Below are positions 1 through 9,989 of a stretch of DNA of 64,000 nt, in pieces (within the stretch, counting starts at the first letter, position 1; every line of letters begins with the position of its first letter). The position numbers were made by a program, and so were the translations under genes. Below the pieces are notes generated by a model. That model was not told the DNA's origin and did no database searches. It saw only the letters and a program-made list of their open reading frames with translations. The DNA is from an uncultured Candidatus Saccharibacteria bacterium (lineage in GTDB: Bacteria > Patescibacteriota > Minisyncoccia > Portnoybacterales > UBA2143). The DNA lies in contig CAYOHI010000002.1 in NCBI GenBank assembly GCA_964403725.1, forward strand, positions 21,644 to 85,643. Direction: 5' to 3'.

Positions 1-168
1 GGATCTCAAATTTATCCTAGTGAAAGAAAAATGTTAGAATCGATGAATAATTATAGATCTTTCTTTTTAAGGGGATATGACAACATAGATTGTGCTGAAG
101 CATTTGAAATCCCAGATCATTTTCCAGTGTATATGAATAGGGTTCTTGAGATTTTCTCCAAGAAGTAA
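1..168 (+). CDS. 3' end of a hypothetical protein (runs off left edge)
   Basis: Frame 1 is open from base 1 to TAA at 166-168 (GSQIYPSERKMLESMNNY...IFSKK); converges on the VanW gene. Confidence 0.5.
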   Translation, partial: GSQIYPSERKMLESMNNYRSFFLRGYDNIDCAEAFEIPDHFPVYMNRVLEIFSKK

Positions 169-176
169 CTTATTAA

Positions 177-1874
177 TCATTCCTCCTCATCTTCCTCTTC
201 TTCTCCATTATCTACTGGATACAGGTCAGGGGATTTGTAATATGATCGGAATTCCTGTTCTTCAAGAATCTCACCACTTAGCTTGTAAACTTCCTGGGTC
301 AGAATGGTTTTCATAGACCCATCCTCATTGCTTTCTAAAACATAAGGACCTTTGACTTTGACTGTTCTCTTGTCATCGGTAGCATAGAAATTAACAAAAA
401 CTTGATTACCTGAAACATAAGCTTCTATTAAAAGATGATTAGGCGTATTGTTTATAAACATTAAATCAGGCTTTGGATCATAGATTGTAGCGTCAAATCC
501 TTGAGGGTTGTAATAGACAACAGGAAAGGAATGATTCTGTCTTTCAGTGATTTTTAATCCTGAATTAATAGCTGCTCTGAAAAAAGTCGTTGAAACCTGA
601 CAAACACCCCCACCATACTCAAGGGTTGTTTTTTTATCCTTAATTACTAATTCAGCCAAATATCCCTGTTCTGCTTCAGTTGGTCCTAATGTATTAACAA
701 AAGAAAATTCTTCTTCTGGAGCTATGATATATCCATCCAGTTTATTAATCGCTGTCTGGATATTGTGTTTTCTGTTAGCTGGTGATCCGGCAAAACTGGA
801 GTACCCCTGGCCTACTAATTTTTTAATACCCAAGCTATTGGTTTGCCATAACCTAATCTCAGGCAAGGCCTTATCAGATACAATAGGAGTTGTTTTAATA
901 GATGGACTAGCCAAAAGATTAGCTACCAAATTGTCAAAGGTAGTGTCTTTTTTGACTTCAAAGCCAGGCTGATCGGGAATAAAGACAGTCGCCCTATTAT
1001 CCTCAATCTCCATCTGAGCATTGGTTACGGGTTGGTCTACCTGATAGGCAACAGTATTTAAATATTTTTTGACCTTTTCATAATCCAGACTGAAACCAAG
1101 AATTAAATTTTCTGAATTTTCTTCTTTAATTGGTTCAAAAGAAATCCAATCAATCAGTCTGTTGCGATCAATAGTCAGATTCTTGACTTCATGGGTCAGA
1201 TAGTATGGCTGATTAGTCATAATGCGCTGGGCTTCCTGCTTGGCTGTTTCCACTTCGTCATTTTGAACCTCTGGTTCATCAATGATTAATTCTAAAGTAA
1301 TTAACTGATTAGAAAAAGAGGTAATCTGATTATCAATATTATCAATCAATTGATCTCTGTCTATGGTAATTCCTTCAACTGAATGCTGGAGGGAAAAATC
1401 ATTAACTTCTGTATTGAAAAACAAGGTTGCATTTTGGGCAGGTGTTTCAATGTTTTTGAAAAGCTCGTTTGTCTTTAATTCAAACTGCTCTTCATCTATT
1501 TCATAAACTGGACTAACATCATATTTTCCAAAAAGAGATGAGTATTGCTCTTTAGAAGTCTTAAAAATGTTTGAATAATGGCCGATAGAATATATTTTGT
1601 CTATTGTCTTAACAAGATCCAATTGAAAACCTAAATCCTTTAAAGTGATTATCCAGGTTTGATCTTTGTAATTCAGTCTTAATTCCTGATTAATAAACTT
1701 ATTCCATTTATCTTGGATTAATTGTTCGCTTTGTGAGATATCTTTTCCACCCAAAGAAAAACCAGCCATCTTTATCCCCCAAATCATGCTATTTGCATTG
1801 ACAATTTGGATAAATATGGTAGTATATATGAAACAGATTAGAATGGAGAGTAAGATTACTTTAATCTTTTTCAT
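177..1874 (-). CDS. VanW-family protein with N-terminal membrane anchor and putative peptidoglycan-binding region
   Basis: C-terminal motifs NRKHNI, EFSF, YGGGVCQVSTTFFRA, ERQNHS, GFDATIY, DLMFINNT are typical of VanW. Confidence 0.85.
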   Translation of the reverse strand: MKKIKVILLSILICFIYTTIFIQIVNANSMIWGIKMAGFSLGGKDISQSEQLIQDKWNKFINQELRLNYKDQTWIITLKDLGFQLDLVKTIDKIYSIGHYSNIFKTSKEQYSSLFGKYDVSPVYEIDEEQFELKTNELFKNIETPAQNATLFFNTEVNDFSLQHSVEGITIDRDQLIDNIDNQITSFSNQLITLELIIDEPEVQNDEVETAKQEAQRIMTNQPYYLTHEVKNLTIDRNRLIDWISFEPIKEENSENLILGFSLDYEKVKKYLNTVAYQVDQPVTNAQMEIEDNRATVFIPDQPGFEVKKDTTFDNLVANLLASPSIKTTPIVSDKALPEIRLWQTNSLGIKKLVGQGYSSFAGSPANRKHNIQTAINKLDGYIIAPEEEFSFVNTLGPTEAEQGYLAELVIKDKKTTLEYGGGVCQVSTTFFRAAINSGLKITERQNHSFPVVYYNPQGFDATIYDPKPDLMFINNTPNHLLIEAYVSGNQVFVNFYATDDKRTVKVKGPYVLESNEDGSMKTILTQEVYKLSGEILEEQEFRSYYKSPDLYPVDNGEEEEDEEE

Positions 1875-1884
1875 GGAGGGTGCA

Positions 1885-2109
1885 ATGAAGTTATTTAAGA
1901 AGTTAATCGTAGCATGGAAGAATCTCCAAGAAGACCAAAAGACTCTTGTTATTACTCTAACTATGGCTATAACGATGGCGATCGTTTTTGCGGGTATCCC
2001 CTTAATGGTCTTTGGCTATATGCTGTTTGTCAAAGCGTGGGAAATATCTTCTTTGGCTTTTATAAGCCTGGTTGTAGGTTTTCTCGTCTTTATGGCCAGT
2101 AAGGCATAG
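1885..2109 (+). CDS. small membrane protein, hypothetical (74 aa)
   Basis: GGAGG SD before ATG 1885; two hydrophobic segments; the longer track start overlaps the VanW gene. Confidence 0.55.
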   Translation: MKLFKKLIVAWKNLQEDQKTLVITLTMAITMAIVFAGIPLMVFGYMLFVKAWEISSLAFISLVVGFLVFMASKA

Positions 2110-2147
2110 TATAACACGAAACGCAACTTTTTATAAGAAAGGGGAAT

Positions 2148-2297
2148 ATGGAAAAAGATCATGAAGATATTGCAATAGAAGAAGAGTGGGATCCAGACTC
2201 TTGGAGCCTGCCATTGGGCTGGGGTTTGCTCATCGCTTTTATCGATATTACTGGAGCCTGTATTTGGGCAATAATCTCGGAAGTGCCGACTTTCTAA
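2148..2297 (+). CDS. small hypothetical protein (49 aa, acidic N-terminus plus one hydrophobic segment), not in ORF track
   Basis: AAAGGGG SD; translates MEKDHEDIAIEEEWDPDSWSLPLGWGLLIAFIDITGACIWAIISEVPTF; followed by terminator hairpin. Confidence 0.5.
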   Translation: MEKDHEDIAIEEEWDPDSWSLPLGWGLLIAFIDITGACIWAIISEVPTF

Positions 2298-2330
2298 CCA
2301 ATAAACCTTCTAATCAACGGAAAACAAAAA

Positions 2331-2358
2331 CAGGGGACGCGTAAGCTCCCCTGCTTTT
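2331..2358. terminator. intrinsic terminator, probably bidirectional
   Basis: CAGGGGA...TCCCCTG stem with A-run before and T-run after, between convergent genes. Confidence 0.65.
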
Positions 2359-2378
2359 AATTTCTAAAATATTTGATC

Positions 2379-2939
2379 TTACTGGGCTTTAATTCTTATC
2401 TTCTTTGTCTTGATCTTTTCAATCTTAGGTAATCTGATGGTTAGGATGCCATTCTTCATACCGGCATCTGCATTATCAACTTCAACATCGACTGGCAGAA
2501 TTACTGAGCGGGAAAACGGTCCCCAGTAGCATTCTTGATAGTAGTAATCTTCTTCCTTAACTTCCTCATCTTTCTTTCGATTACCTTTAATGGTAATCAT
2601 GTCGTTAGTCATGCTAATATCAATATCCTCTGGCTTTACTCCAGCAATAGTTGATTTGATGACAATTTCAGTAGGCGTCTGGTAAACATCGATTGTTAAC
2701 TGACCTTCCGATTCAGTTAACCATTCTTCTTGTTTTTTGTCATCTTTTTTCTCTGTTTTTTTAGGCATGGCTACTTTTTTTGCCCTTTCAGCTGGCTGGA
2801 CTACAGAAATATCTTTCTTAGTCGCCTTAGCTTTAACGGGCTTTTTTTTAGCTGTTTTTTTTCTTTTTGTTGTTTTCTTTTTAGATTCAGATTCATCTGA
2901 GAAGTTAGCACCAGTTAACTTTTCAAAAAATGAAGGCAT
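2379..2939 (-). CDS. Hsp20/alpha-crystallin small heat shock protein
   Basis: EGQLTIDVYQT, GVKPEDIDI, FSRSVILP, KNGILTIRLPK. Confidence 0.92.
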   Translation of the reverse strand: MPSFFEKLTGANFSDESESKKKTTKRKKTAKKKPVKAKATKKDISVVQPAERAKKVAMPKKTEKKDDKKQEEWLTESEGQLTIDVYQTPTEIVIKSTIAGVKPEDIDISMTNDMITIKGNRKKDEEVKEEDYYYQECYWGPFSRSVILPVDVEVDNADAGMKNGILTIRLPKIEKIKTKKIRIKAQ

Positions 2940-3021
2940 ATTTTTGCTATCATTTAATCCTAACCAAAAGATCTGTCAGTTGCACCTCAAGGTCTTCTTG
3001 TCAGTATCTTAAATGACACTC

Positions 3022-3771
3022 TTAAGTTTTACAAATTGATTGTTGTTTTTTTAATTTTTTAAAGCAAAGCGAGACAGTCATGGCTACGGATATCAGAAGG
3101 ATAGCAGTCAGACACAGATAGAATAATTCGCTGTATTTCTCGCCAAAAGTTGTTAAGATAAGGAAATTATAGCAGGCGTGGAAGATAATTGCAAGAGTCA
3201 GTCCAATTAAGACAAATTTCTTTCTTTTCTTCAATTCCATCAGTCCGCGAGCCAGCCAATAGCCGACAATGGCTGAAGCTAAGGCATGAAGGAGGGTTGC
3301 TCCTAAGAAACGGAAACTAATTATCCATAAAGCCTGTTCAAAATCTGGAAAATCTATACTAAAGAGAATCAATAGATTTTCCACAGCGGCAAATCCGAGG
3401 GCCGCTACAATACAGTATATCATAGCGTCAACTGGCTCGTCAAATACAGACTTTTTGATGACTTGATACCTGACTACAGCATATTTCAGGTATTCTTCAA
3501 CCAAAGCAGGAACCAAAGTGGCAGCTAAGACTGCGCTTAAATAGCTGCTTTGAGGAATGCGCGAGATAATATCTAGAGGATTCATTGTCGGATTGAGGAG
3601 CCAGATTAAAAGGAGCTCAAAAAACACTGCCAAAGGCGCTATGGCCATGCCTAGGATAAAGACCCTGATAATCATGCGATTTGGCTCAGGGTTCTTGTCT
3701 TTTTTAAGATAATATGAGAGCCAGACTAAACTAGGCAAAAGTCCCAGTAGAATGTAGAAAATATATTTCAT
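3022..3771 (-). CDS. prsW: PrsW-family intramembrane metalloprotease
   Basis: EEYLK, ALGFAAVEN, LLHA, FHACYN motifs; multiple TM helices. Confidence 0.9.
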   Translation of the reverse strand: MKYIFYILLGLLPSLVWLSYYLKKDKNPEPNRMIIRVFILGMAIAPLAVFFELLLIWLLNPTMNPLDIISRIPQSSYLSAVLAATLVPALVEEYLKYAVVRYQVIKKSVFDEPVDAMIYCIVAALGFAAVENLLILFSIDFPDFEQALWIISFRFLGATLLHALASAIVGYWLARGLMELKKRKKFVLIGLTLAIIFHACYNFLILTTFGEKYSELFYLCLTAILLISVAMTVSLCFKKLKKQQSICKT

Positions 3772-5835
3772 CTATTTTGGCCAGTTTTCGACCATTAAGA
3801 ATTTTCCTTCTTTAAATGGCAAGTTTTGATAGATTGCTTCAGTAACAAAAGGCATAAATGGATGCAGGAGCTTTAGAGAATTAACCAAAACAAAGGCTAG
3901 AATTTCCTTAGTTTGCTTATCACCCTGCTTTTTGGCAGATTCGATATATTTATCGCAGAAATCATGCCAGAAGAAATCATAGAGGATATGGGCAGCCTGG
4001 CCAAATCTGAATTTATTAAGTTCTTTATCAACTTTTTCTCTTGTCTGAGATAGTTTTTTCAGGATTCTCTTATCAGCTGCCGTCATGCGCTTGTTATTAG
4101 GCGCTCTTTTAGGCAGTTTAATCTTTTCACCTTCCATCTGCATCAGGGCAAACCGACTGGCATTCCACACCTTATTTGCAAATTTCTTGCCCATCATGAT
4201 GTTTTCTTCTGAAAAATGAATGTCTTGTCCGCCCAGTGACTGGTAAATCATGCCGAATCTGGTTGCATCAGCGCCGTATTGATTAACTAAATCAAGCGGA
4301 TTAATGCCAGTTCCTAAGGATTTAGACATTCTTCTGCCATCTTTTGTTAAGATAGTGGCGTGAATAATCACGTCAGTAAAAGGATTCTTTTTAGTTAATT
4401 CTAACCCAGAAAATATCATTCTAGCTACCCAGAGATTAATGATATCGCGAGCAGTGCTTAAAACATTGGTTGGATAGAATTCTTTCAAATCTTTTGTTTT
4501 TTTAGGCCAGCCTAATATGGCAAAAGGCCATAGGGCTGAAGAAAACCAAGTATCTAAAACATCAGTTTCGCCTTCAATAGGAATTTTGTGTCCCCACCAG
4601 ATCTGTCTTGAGATACACCAGTCCCTAATATTCTCGTGCCAGTCAAGGAAGACTTTTTCCCAGCGCTTTGGATGGAATTTAACCTGTCCGCTTTTAACTG
4701 CTTTGATAGCCTTTTCAGCTAGTTTATCCATCTTAACAAACCATTGATTACTAACCAGAGGCTCAATGATGCTGTCACAGCGATAGCAGGTTGGCACTTG
4801 GTGGGTATAATCTTCAGTTTTAACCAGTAAGTTCTTTTTCTCTAATCTTTCAACAACTTTCTGTCGAGCATCTAAGACAGTCAAGCTAGCAAAATCCTTA
4901 CCTGCTTTCTTAGTCATTCTTCCCTTATCGCTAATTACTTGAATTGATTCTAGTTCATGTCTTTGTGCAATTTCAGCATCAACAGGTGAATGAGCTGGGG
5001 TAACTTTAACAGCTCCTGTTCCAAATTCAGCTTCAATGGCTTTATCAGCAATGATTGGAATTTTGCGGTCAACTAAAGGCAGTAATACCTTTTTGCCAAT
5101 CAATTTCTTGTATCTCTTGTCATTAGGGTTAACTGCTACAGCTGTATCGCCAAGCATTGTTTCTGGCCTGGTAGTAGCAACTTGGATTGATTCTTTAGAA
5201 TTAACTAGAGGGTATTTAATATACCATAAATGGCTTTTCTCTTCTTTATGTTCCAGTTCTAGATCAGATAGGCTGGTCTGGCATCTTGGACACCAGTTAA
5301 TTACTCTTTTGCCTTTGTAAATCCAGCCCTTCTTGTAGAAGTGAAGGAAAGTTTCTTCAACTGCTTTTTGGTAATCAGGATCCATAGTAAAAGCAGTTCT
5401 AGACCAATCGCAAGAATTACCTAATTTTTTAAACTGATTTAGAATCAGGTTTCCATACTTATCTTTCCATTTCCATACTTCTTTAAGGAATTTTTCTTTG
5501 CCTAGGTCGTGTCGAGTGATGCCTTTTTTCTTTAACATTTTCTCAACCACGTTCTGAGTAGCAATACCAGCATGATCTGTTCCAAAAATCCATAAGGTCT
5601 TGTATCCCTTCATTCTTTTCCAGCGAATCAATATATCTTGGGTAAAGGAATTTAAAGCATGGCCCATATGCAATTCACCTGTTACATTAGGAGGCGGATT
5701 AGCAATAGTATATTTTTTAGCTGTCTTTTTAACTTTTAACTTATCAGGATTAAAAAAACCTGATTTTTCCCATAAAGAATAGATTTTGTCTTCAGATTCT
5801 TTGGGATTGTATGATTTTGGTAATTCGGTTGACAT
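3772..5835 (-). CDS. valS: valine--tRNA ligase (short form, no C-terminal coiled coil)
   Basis: PPPNVTGELHMGHA (HIGH), ATTRPET, WCISRQIWWGH, DTWFSS, RMSKS (KMSKS). Confidence 0.97.
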   Translation of the reverse strand: MSTELPKSYNPKESEDKIYSLWEKSGFFNPDKLKVKKTAKKYTIANPPPNVTGELHMGHALNSFTQDILIRWKRMKGYKTLWIFGTDHAGIATQNVVEKMLKKKGITRHDLGKEKFLKEVWKWKDKYGNLILNQFKKLGNSCDWSRTAFTMDPDYQKAVEETFLHFYKKGWIYKGKRVINWCPRCQTSLSDLELEHKEEKSHLWYIKYPLVNSKESIQVATTRPETMLGDTAVAVNPNDKRYKKLIGKKVLLPLVDRKIPIIADKAIEAEFGTGAVKVTPAHSPVDAEIAQRHELESIQVISDKGRMTKKAGKDFASLTVLDARQKVVERLEKKNLLVKTEDYTHQVPTCYRCDSIIEPLVSNQWFVKMDKLAEKAIKAVKSGQVKFHPKRWEKVFLDWHENIRDWCISRQIWWGHKIPIEGETDVLDTWFSSALWPFAILGWPKKTKDLKEFYPTNVLSTARDIINLWVARMIFSGLELTKKNPFTDVIIHATILTKDGRRMSKSLGTGINPLDLVNQYGADATRFGMIYQSLGGQDIHFSEENIMMGKKFANKVWNASRFALMQMEGEKIKLPKRAPNNKRMTAADKRILKKLSQTREKVDKELNKFRFGQAAHILYDFFWHDFCDKYIESAKKQGDKQTKEILAFVLVNSLKLLHPFMPFVTEAIYQNLPFKEGKFLMVENWPK

Positions 5836-5929
5836 GTGTGTGTTTTTAATCTATATTTCAAAATATATCGACTAGTTCCTAATATGTTACTTGATAAACC
5901 AGTTTTTTTCAAGAAGGGGGATGTTAATT

Positions 5930-6211
5930 ATGGAAGAAACAGCGGTTGGAAACGCCTCAAGCGAGGTGGGTAGGAAAATTTATTCCTACTTGAGAACGGT
6001 GATCAAAGAGGTAATGGGCGTTAAGCTTGTTGCCGAACACACTACCTTTAATGCTGCGGAATGCGGGGAAATAAAGCGGCGGTTAATCGATGGGCCGCTC
6101 AACTGCTATTTCACAGACGGAAATGTGGGTAAAATCATGTCCGTATCAGATTTGTTTCTGATCTTTCGTGTACAACCCCCAATTCCGGAAGACCTCCCGC
6201 AGTATCGTTAA
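5930..6211 (+). CDS. hypothetical protein (93 aa)
   Basis: AAGGGGG SD before ATG 5930; sits between valS and tsaD on the opposite strand. Confidence 0.55.
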   Translation: MEETAVGNASSEVGRKIYSYLRTVIKEVMGVKLVAEHTTFNAAECGEIKRRLIDGPLNCYFTDGNVGKIMSVSDLFLIFRVQPPIPEDLPQYR

Positions 6212-6253
6212 ATTTCCGGGGGATTATTCAATCAGTTCAAAGCGAGGCTCGTT

Positions 6254-7213
6254 TCAGACGGGCCTTTTTCTATGCGCTGCGGCCATGGCGATCATGGCTC
6301 CATTATCAGTGCATAATTTAAATTCTGGCATTTGAAATTCAATATCTAATTTCTTAATATTCTCTTCCATCTGCTTCCTTAATTCTGGATTAGCAGCCAC
6401 GCCGCCAGAGAGAATGACAGTCTTAACTTTGAATTCCTCGGCTGCTTCAACAGTCTTGTTAATCAAGACATCAACAGCTGCTTGTTGAAAAGAGGCAGCC
6501 ATATTATCAATATATTCTTCTGTAATTCTCTTTTCTTTTTTGACTTCATAAAGGACTGCTGTCTTAAGTCCTGAAAAAGAGAAATCATAATCATTGGAAT
6601 TGATCATTGGCCTTGGCAGGTCAAAGGCATCAATACTTCCATTCAAAGCCCTTTTTGAAATGATTGGTCCGCCTGGATAGCCAAGGTCTAAAAGCTTGGC
6701 TACCTTGTCAAAAGCCTCGCCAGCTGCATCATCTCTTGTTTCTCCTAATATTTCAAAAGATCCGTGTTTTTTCATCAAGACTAATTGCGTGTGACCTCCT
6801 GAAACAACTAGAGCTAAAAGAGGAAATTCAGGTTTTTCTTCATTGAACCAATTAGCATAAATATGTCCTTCAACATGGTTGATTTCTATCAATTCTTTTT
6901 GCCAATTGTATGCCAAAGCTTTGGCAAAGTTCAAGCCAACCAAAAGACAGGGAATTAGCCCGGGTTTTTCAGTTGCAGCAATCAAATCAATTTCCGGGTT
7001 ATCCGCTTTTTTTAAAGCTTCTTGTAAGACGGGTTCAATGTTTTTTAAATGAGCTCTGGCAGCCAAATTAGGCACAACGCCGCCATAGGGCTCATGCACC
7101 TTGATTTGGGATGAAATGACATTGGATAGAATCCTGCAATTTTGATTTTTATCGCATTCTATCAAAGCAATGCCCGTGTCATCACATGATGTTTCTATTC
7201 CTAGGATAACCAT
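6254..7213 (-). CDS. tsaD: tRNA N6-threonylcarbamoyladenosine transferase TsaD (housekeeping copy)
   Basis: GIETSCDDT, GGVVP, HVEGH, VSGGHT, DDAAGEAFDKVA, FSFSGLKT, GGVAAN, CTDNGAMIA. Confidence 0.97.
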   Translation of the reverse strand: MVILGIETSCDDTGIALIECDKNQNCRILSNVISSQIKVHEPYGGVVPNLAARAHLKNIEPVLQEALKKADNPEIDLIAATEKPGLIPCLLVGLNFAKALAYNWQKELIEINHVEGHIYANWFNEEKPEFPLLALVVSGGHTQLVLMKKHGSFEILGETRDDAAGEAFDKVAKLLDLGYPGGPIISKRALNGSIDAFDLPRPMINSNDYDFSFSGLKTAVLYEVKKEKRITEEYIDNMAASFQQAAVDVLINKTVEAAEEFKVKTVILSGGVAANPELRKQMEENIKKLDIEFQMPEFKLCTDNGAMIAMAAAHRKRPV

Positions 7214-7258
7214 ACTTTACAAATAGTAACTTAGGTTGTAGTATATTACAAGATAGAT

Positions 7259-7333
7259 GGCCCTATCGTCTAGTGGTTAGGACGCCAGATTTTCATTCTG
7301 GTAACCGGGGTTCGATTCCCCGTAGGGCTGCCA
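7259..7333 (+). tRNA. tRNA-Glu (TTC)
   Basis: Acceptor GGCCCTA/TAGGGCT, anticodon arm CCAGA-TTTTCAT-TCTGG, GGTTCGATTC T-loop, encoded CCA. Confidence 0.95.
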
Positions 7334-7346
7334 TTAAAATTAATTT

Positions 7347-8225
7347 ATGAAAACATCAATTCATAGAATTTATACCAAAGAAGGATTAGAATTGCACGGC
7401 GCTCTATACCAGCCAGATAAAAAAGTTAAAACTGTTTTAGCTCACATTCATGGGATGGCTGGTAATTTTTATGAAAATAAGTTCTTAGATCATATTGCTG
7501 AAACTTTAACTAAGAATAACATTGCTTTTGCTCCTTTTAATAATAGAGGTAATGGATCAATTAAAGATTTCGTTAAGATAACCAGAAAGGGTCTTAGTTT
7601 TGATATTATTGGCAATGCTTATGAAAGATTTGAAGATTGTGTTTCAGATATTAAAGCTCAGATTGATTTTTTAGAAAGACAAGGTTATGAAAACATTCAT
7701 CTTTCTGGACATAGTCTTGGTTCACCTAAAATAGCGTACTATTTAGCTAAAACAAAAGATAAGAGAATAAAATCAATAATTCTTGTTTCTCCTTCTGATA
7801 TGCTTGGTTTAGTAAGAGATGAGCCAAAAAGATTTAAACAAGATATTTCAATTGCCAAGAAAATGATTAAACAAGGCAAAGGAAATGAGTTAATGCCAAG
7901 ATTTGTTTGGGATGAATACCCAATTTCAGCTAAAACATACTTGAGTATTTTTAATGATAATTCTAAGGCTGGTATTTTTAACTTTTATAATCCAAAAGAT
8001 GAATACAAAACTTTATCTAAAATAAATTGTCCAATATTTACTGTTATGGGTAGAAAAGACGATGTTTTAATTATTCCAATCGAGGATATTATGAGAATAA
8101 TTAAGGAAAAATCAAAATCCAGTCCAAGATGTGAATCTAAAATTATTAGCAATGCTGATCATATTTACGTGGGATTTGAAAAGTCACTGGCTAAAGCAAT
8201 ATTAACTTGGATTAAAAGTTTTTAA
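7347..8225 (+). CDS. alpha/beta hydrolase (DUF1749-like)
   Basis: HIHG oxyanion region, GHSLG nucleophile elbow, D...ADH catalytic residues. Confidence 0.85.
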   Translation: MKTSIHRIYTKEGLELHGALYQPDKKVKTVLAHIHGMAGNFYENKFLDHIAETLTKNNIAFAPFNNRGNGSIKDFVKITRKGLSFDIIGNAYERFEDCVSDIKAQIDFLERQGYENIHLSGHSLGSPKIAYYLAKTKDKRIKSIILVSPSDMLGLVRDEPKRFKQDISIAKKMIKQGKGNELMPRFVWDEYPISAKTYLSIFNDNSKAGIFNFYNPKDEYKTLSKINCPIFTVMGRKDDVLIIPIEDIMRIIKEKSKSSPRCESKIISNADHIYVGFEKSLAKAILTWIKSF

Positions 8226-8229
8226 ATTC

Positions 8230-8886
8230 ATGAAAATATATCCAAAAATGAGTCAATCAAATACTGCTCTTCTATTAATTGATATTGTTAATGGCTGTGC
8301 ACATCAAAAATGCGAGGATCCTGAAGTTGGTATTACTTTTTCTAAAATTAGGGAGATGATCCCTAATTTAATTGATTTTGTTAAAGAATATAAAGAGAGA
8401 GTAAATAACAATGTTTTTTACATTAATATTACTCCTTGGGATAAAAAGCATTTACCTCAAAATCTTCAAGAGCTATACACTGATCCTAGTGTAGAATATT
8501 ATTCAGATGATGATAGTGGCTTTCCAGAAGAGTTTTACAAAATCAAACCAGATAAAGAGGATATCATTATTACTAAAAACACCTACGATGCTTTTGTTGA
8601 TACAGAATTAGAGAAAATTTTAAGAGATAAAGGTGTTCAGTATTTAGTAACTACAGGAATTTTTACAGAAGGTTGTGTTTTATCTACAATAGTTAATGGT
8701 TTTTCAAAAGGATTTAATTTTATTCTTTTAAAAGATTTAATAGAAACAGCCGATAATAAGGAAAGACAAGAAATATCAAGACTATTAAAAAGACGTGTTT
8801 TTCCATTTCTCTATGGAAAAACCATAACTTCAAAAGATTTTTTAAATAATTTAAATGCAAACAATCAAAAAGAAAACTTGGCCTGA
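8230..8886 (+). CDS. isochorismatase-family cysteine hydrolase
   Basis: TALLLID, KNTYDAF, TGIFTEGCV. Confidence 0.85.
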   Translation: MKIYPKMSQSNTALLLIDIVNGCAHQKCEDPEVGITFSKIREMIPNLIDFVKEYKERVNNNVFYINITPWDKKHLPQNLQELYTDPSVEYYSDDDSGFPEEFYKIKPDKEDIIITKNTYDAFVDTELEKILRDKGVQYLVTTGIFTEGCVLSTIVNGFSKGFNFILLKDLIETADNKERQEISRLLKRRVFPFLYGKTITSKDFLNNLNANNQKENLA

Positions 8887-9124
8887 CCTATTTGAAAAGA
8901 TTTTAAATGGCGAGAAAACATATGAATTCAGATTGGCTGACTTCAATATTGAACCAGGCGATAAATTAATCCTTGAAGAATGGGATCCAAAAACAAAAGA
9001 ATATACAGGAAGAAAAATCGAAAAAATTGCAGGCCATGTCGGAAAGATAGATTTAGATAATTATGCATACTGGACAAAAGAAGAGGCCGAGAAATACGGC
9101 TACTATATAATATCGTTGAAATAG
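8855..9124 (+). CDS. ASCH/DUF3850-family protein
   Basis: WPDLFEKILNGEKTYEFR, GDKLILEEWDP...YTGR. Confidence 0.8.
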   Translation: MQTIKKKTWPDLFEKILNGEKTYEFRLADFNIEPGDKLILEEWDPKTKEYTGRKIEKIAGHVGKIDLDNYAYWTKEEAEKYGYYIISLK

Positions 9125-9154
9125 TACACTAAAAAACCAGATAAGGAGGTAACC

Positions 9155-9592
9155 ATGGACATGCCGGAGAAAACACCTCTTTGGGAGGTGTTTGATGTTG
9201 GAAAGACAGCTTGGGATTTGGTCATTAAGGCAATAAGAATCAGATTGTCTATTCCCAGGAAAAACGATGATATACTGCGACAGCTTCGCTTGTGCGTGCA
9301 GGAAGCTGACTGTATGCTTAAAATGATCAAGGATACTAAGTCTAATTTGTCTAAGGTCTCTTCCATGATGACATGGAAGTCTAATATGGGAGAATACATC
9401 GCAAACTGTCTTTGGAGGTTAATGGACCGGCTGGAGGCTGATATCCCTAAAAATTGGCAAGAGAAAATCAATCGGACCGTAGAAAGACATTTGTGGTTCA
9501 TTGATAAATATATCTTTGATTACAGAAAGCGTTGGCAGGAGCTCCGGGGTAGATTCAAATCATTGGCATTTTTTGACAGAAGGGGGTGTTAA
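9155..9592 (+). CDS. hypothetical protein
   Basis: Perfect AAGGAGGT SD; 145-aa ORF; no recognised motif. Confidence 0.6.
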   Translation: MDMPEKTPLWEVFDVGKTAWDLVIKAIRIRLSIPRKNDDILRQLRLCVQEADCMLKMIKDTKSNLSKVSSMMTWKSNMGEYIANCLWRLMDRLEADIPKNWQEKINRTVERHLWFIDKYIFDYRKRWQELRGRFKSLAFFDRRGC

Positions 9593-9922
9593 ATGTCTGA
9601 ACACAAGCACAATTGGAGAAAGGTGATGGTATCTAATCCAATAACAGACCCAAGGCAGTACGCCCTTAAAGGGCAAGAGGTTTTCGTTGGTCGGGTCTGT
9701 ATCAGATGCAACGAAGATGAACATCGTAGACCAGGTCCGCCCTGGCAAGTGTGCCATATGTGTGGGTCAGATATGACAGATTGCGGTCAAAAGGATGTCC
9801 TGACCCACCTTTTTGAGTGTAGTCGTACTGGCTGTGGTCATAAGTATCGTAAACGGGAATACGACCCAATTGTTCTGGAGGAACTAACTGTCGCTTCCAA
9901 AGAAGCTGAAGTGGTGGCATAA
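9593..9922 (+). CDS. hypothetical Cys/His-rich (zinc-ribbon-like) protein
   Basis: AAGGGGGT SD; CIRC, CHMC, CSRTGC motifs; followed by terminator. Confidence 0.6.
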   Translation: MSEHKHNWRKVMVSNPITDPRQYALKGQEVFVGRVCIRCNEDEHRRPGPPWQVCHMCGSDMTDCGQKDVLTHLFECSRTGCGHKYRKREYDPIVLEELTVASKEAEVVA

Positions 9923-9924
9923 CC

Positions 9925-9957
9925 AGGTCCCCTGCGCAAAGGCGCCGGGGGCCTTTG
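9925..9957 (+). terminator. GC-rich hairpin / probable terminator
   Basis: AGGTCCCC...GGGGGCCT stem followed by T residues. Confidence 0.5.
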
Positions 9958-9989
9958 CATTTATCCATCCTTTATGCCAGAATAAAAAT

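Noticed and set aside
9155-9957. Prophage remnant
   Set aside because: Two orphans only; no integrase, structural gene or att repeat recognised.
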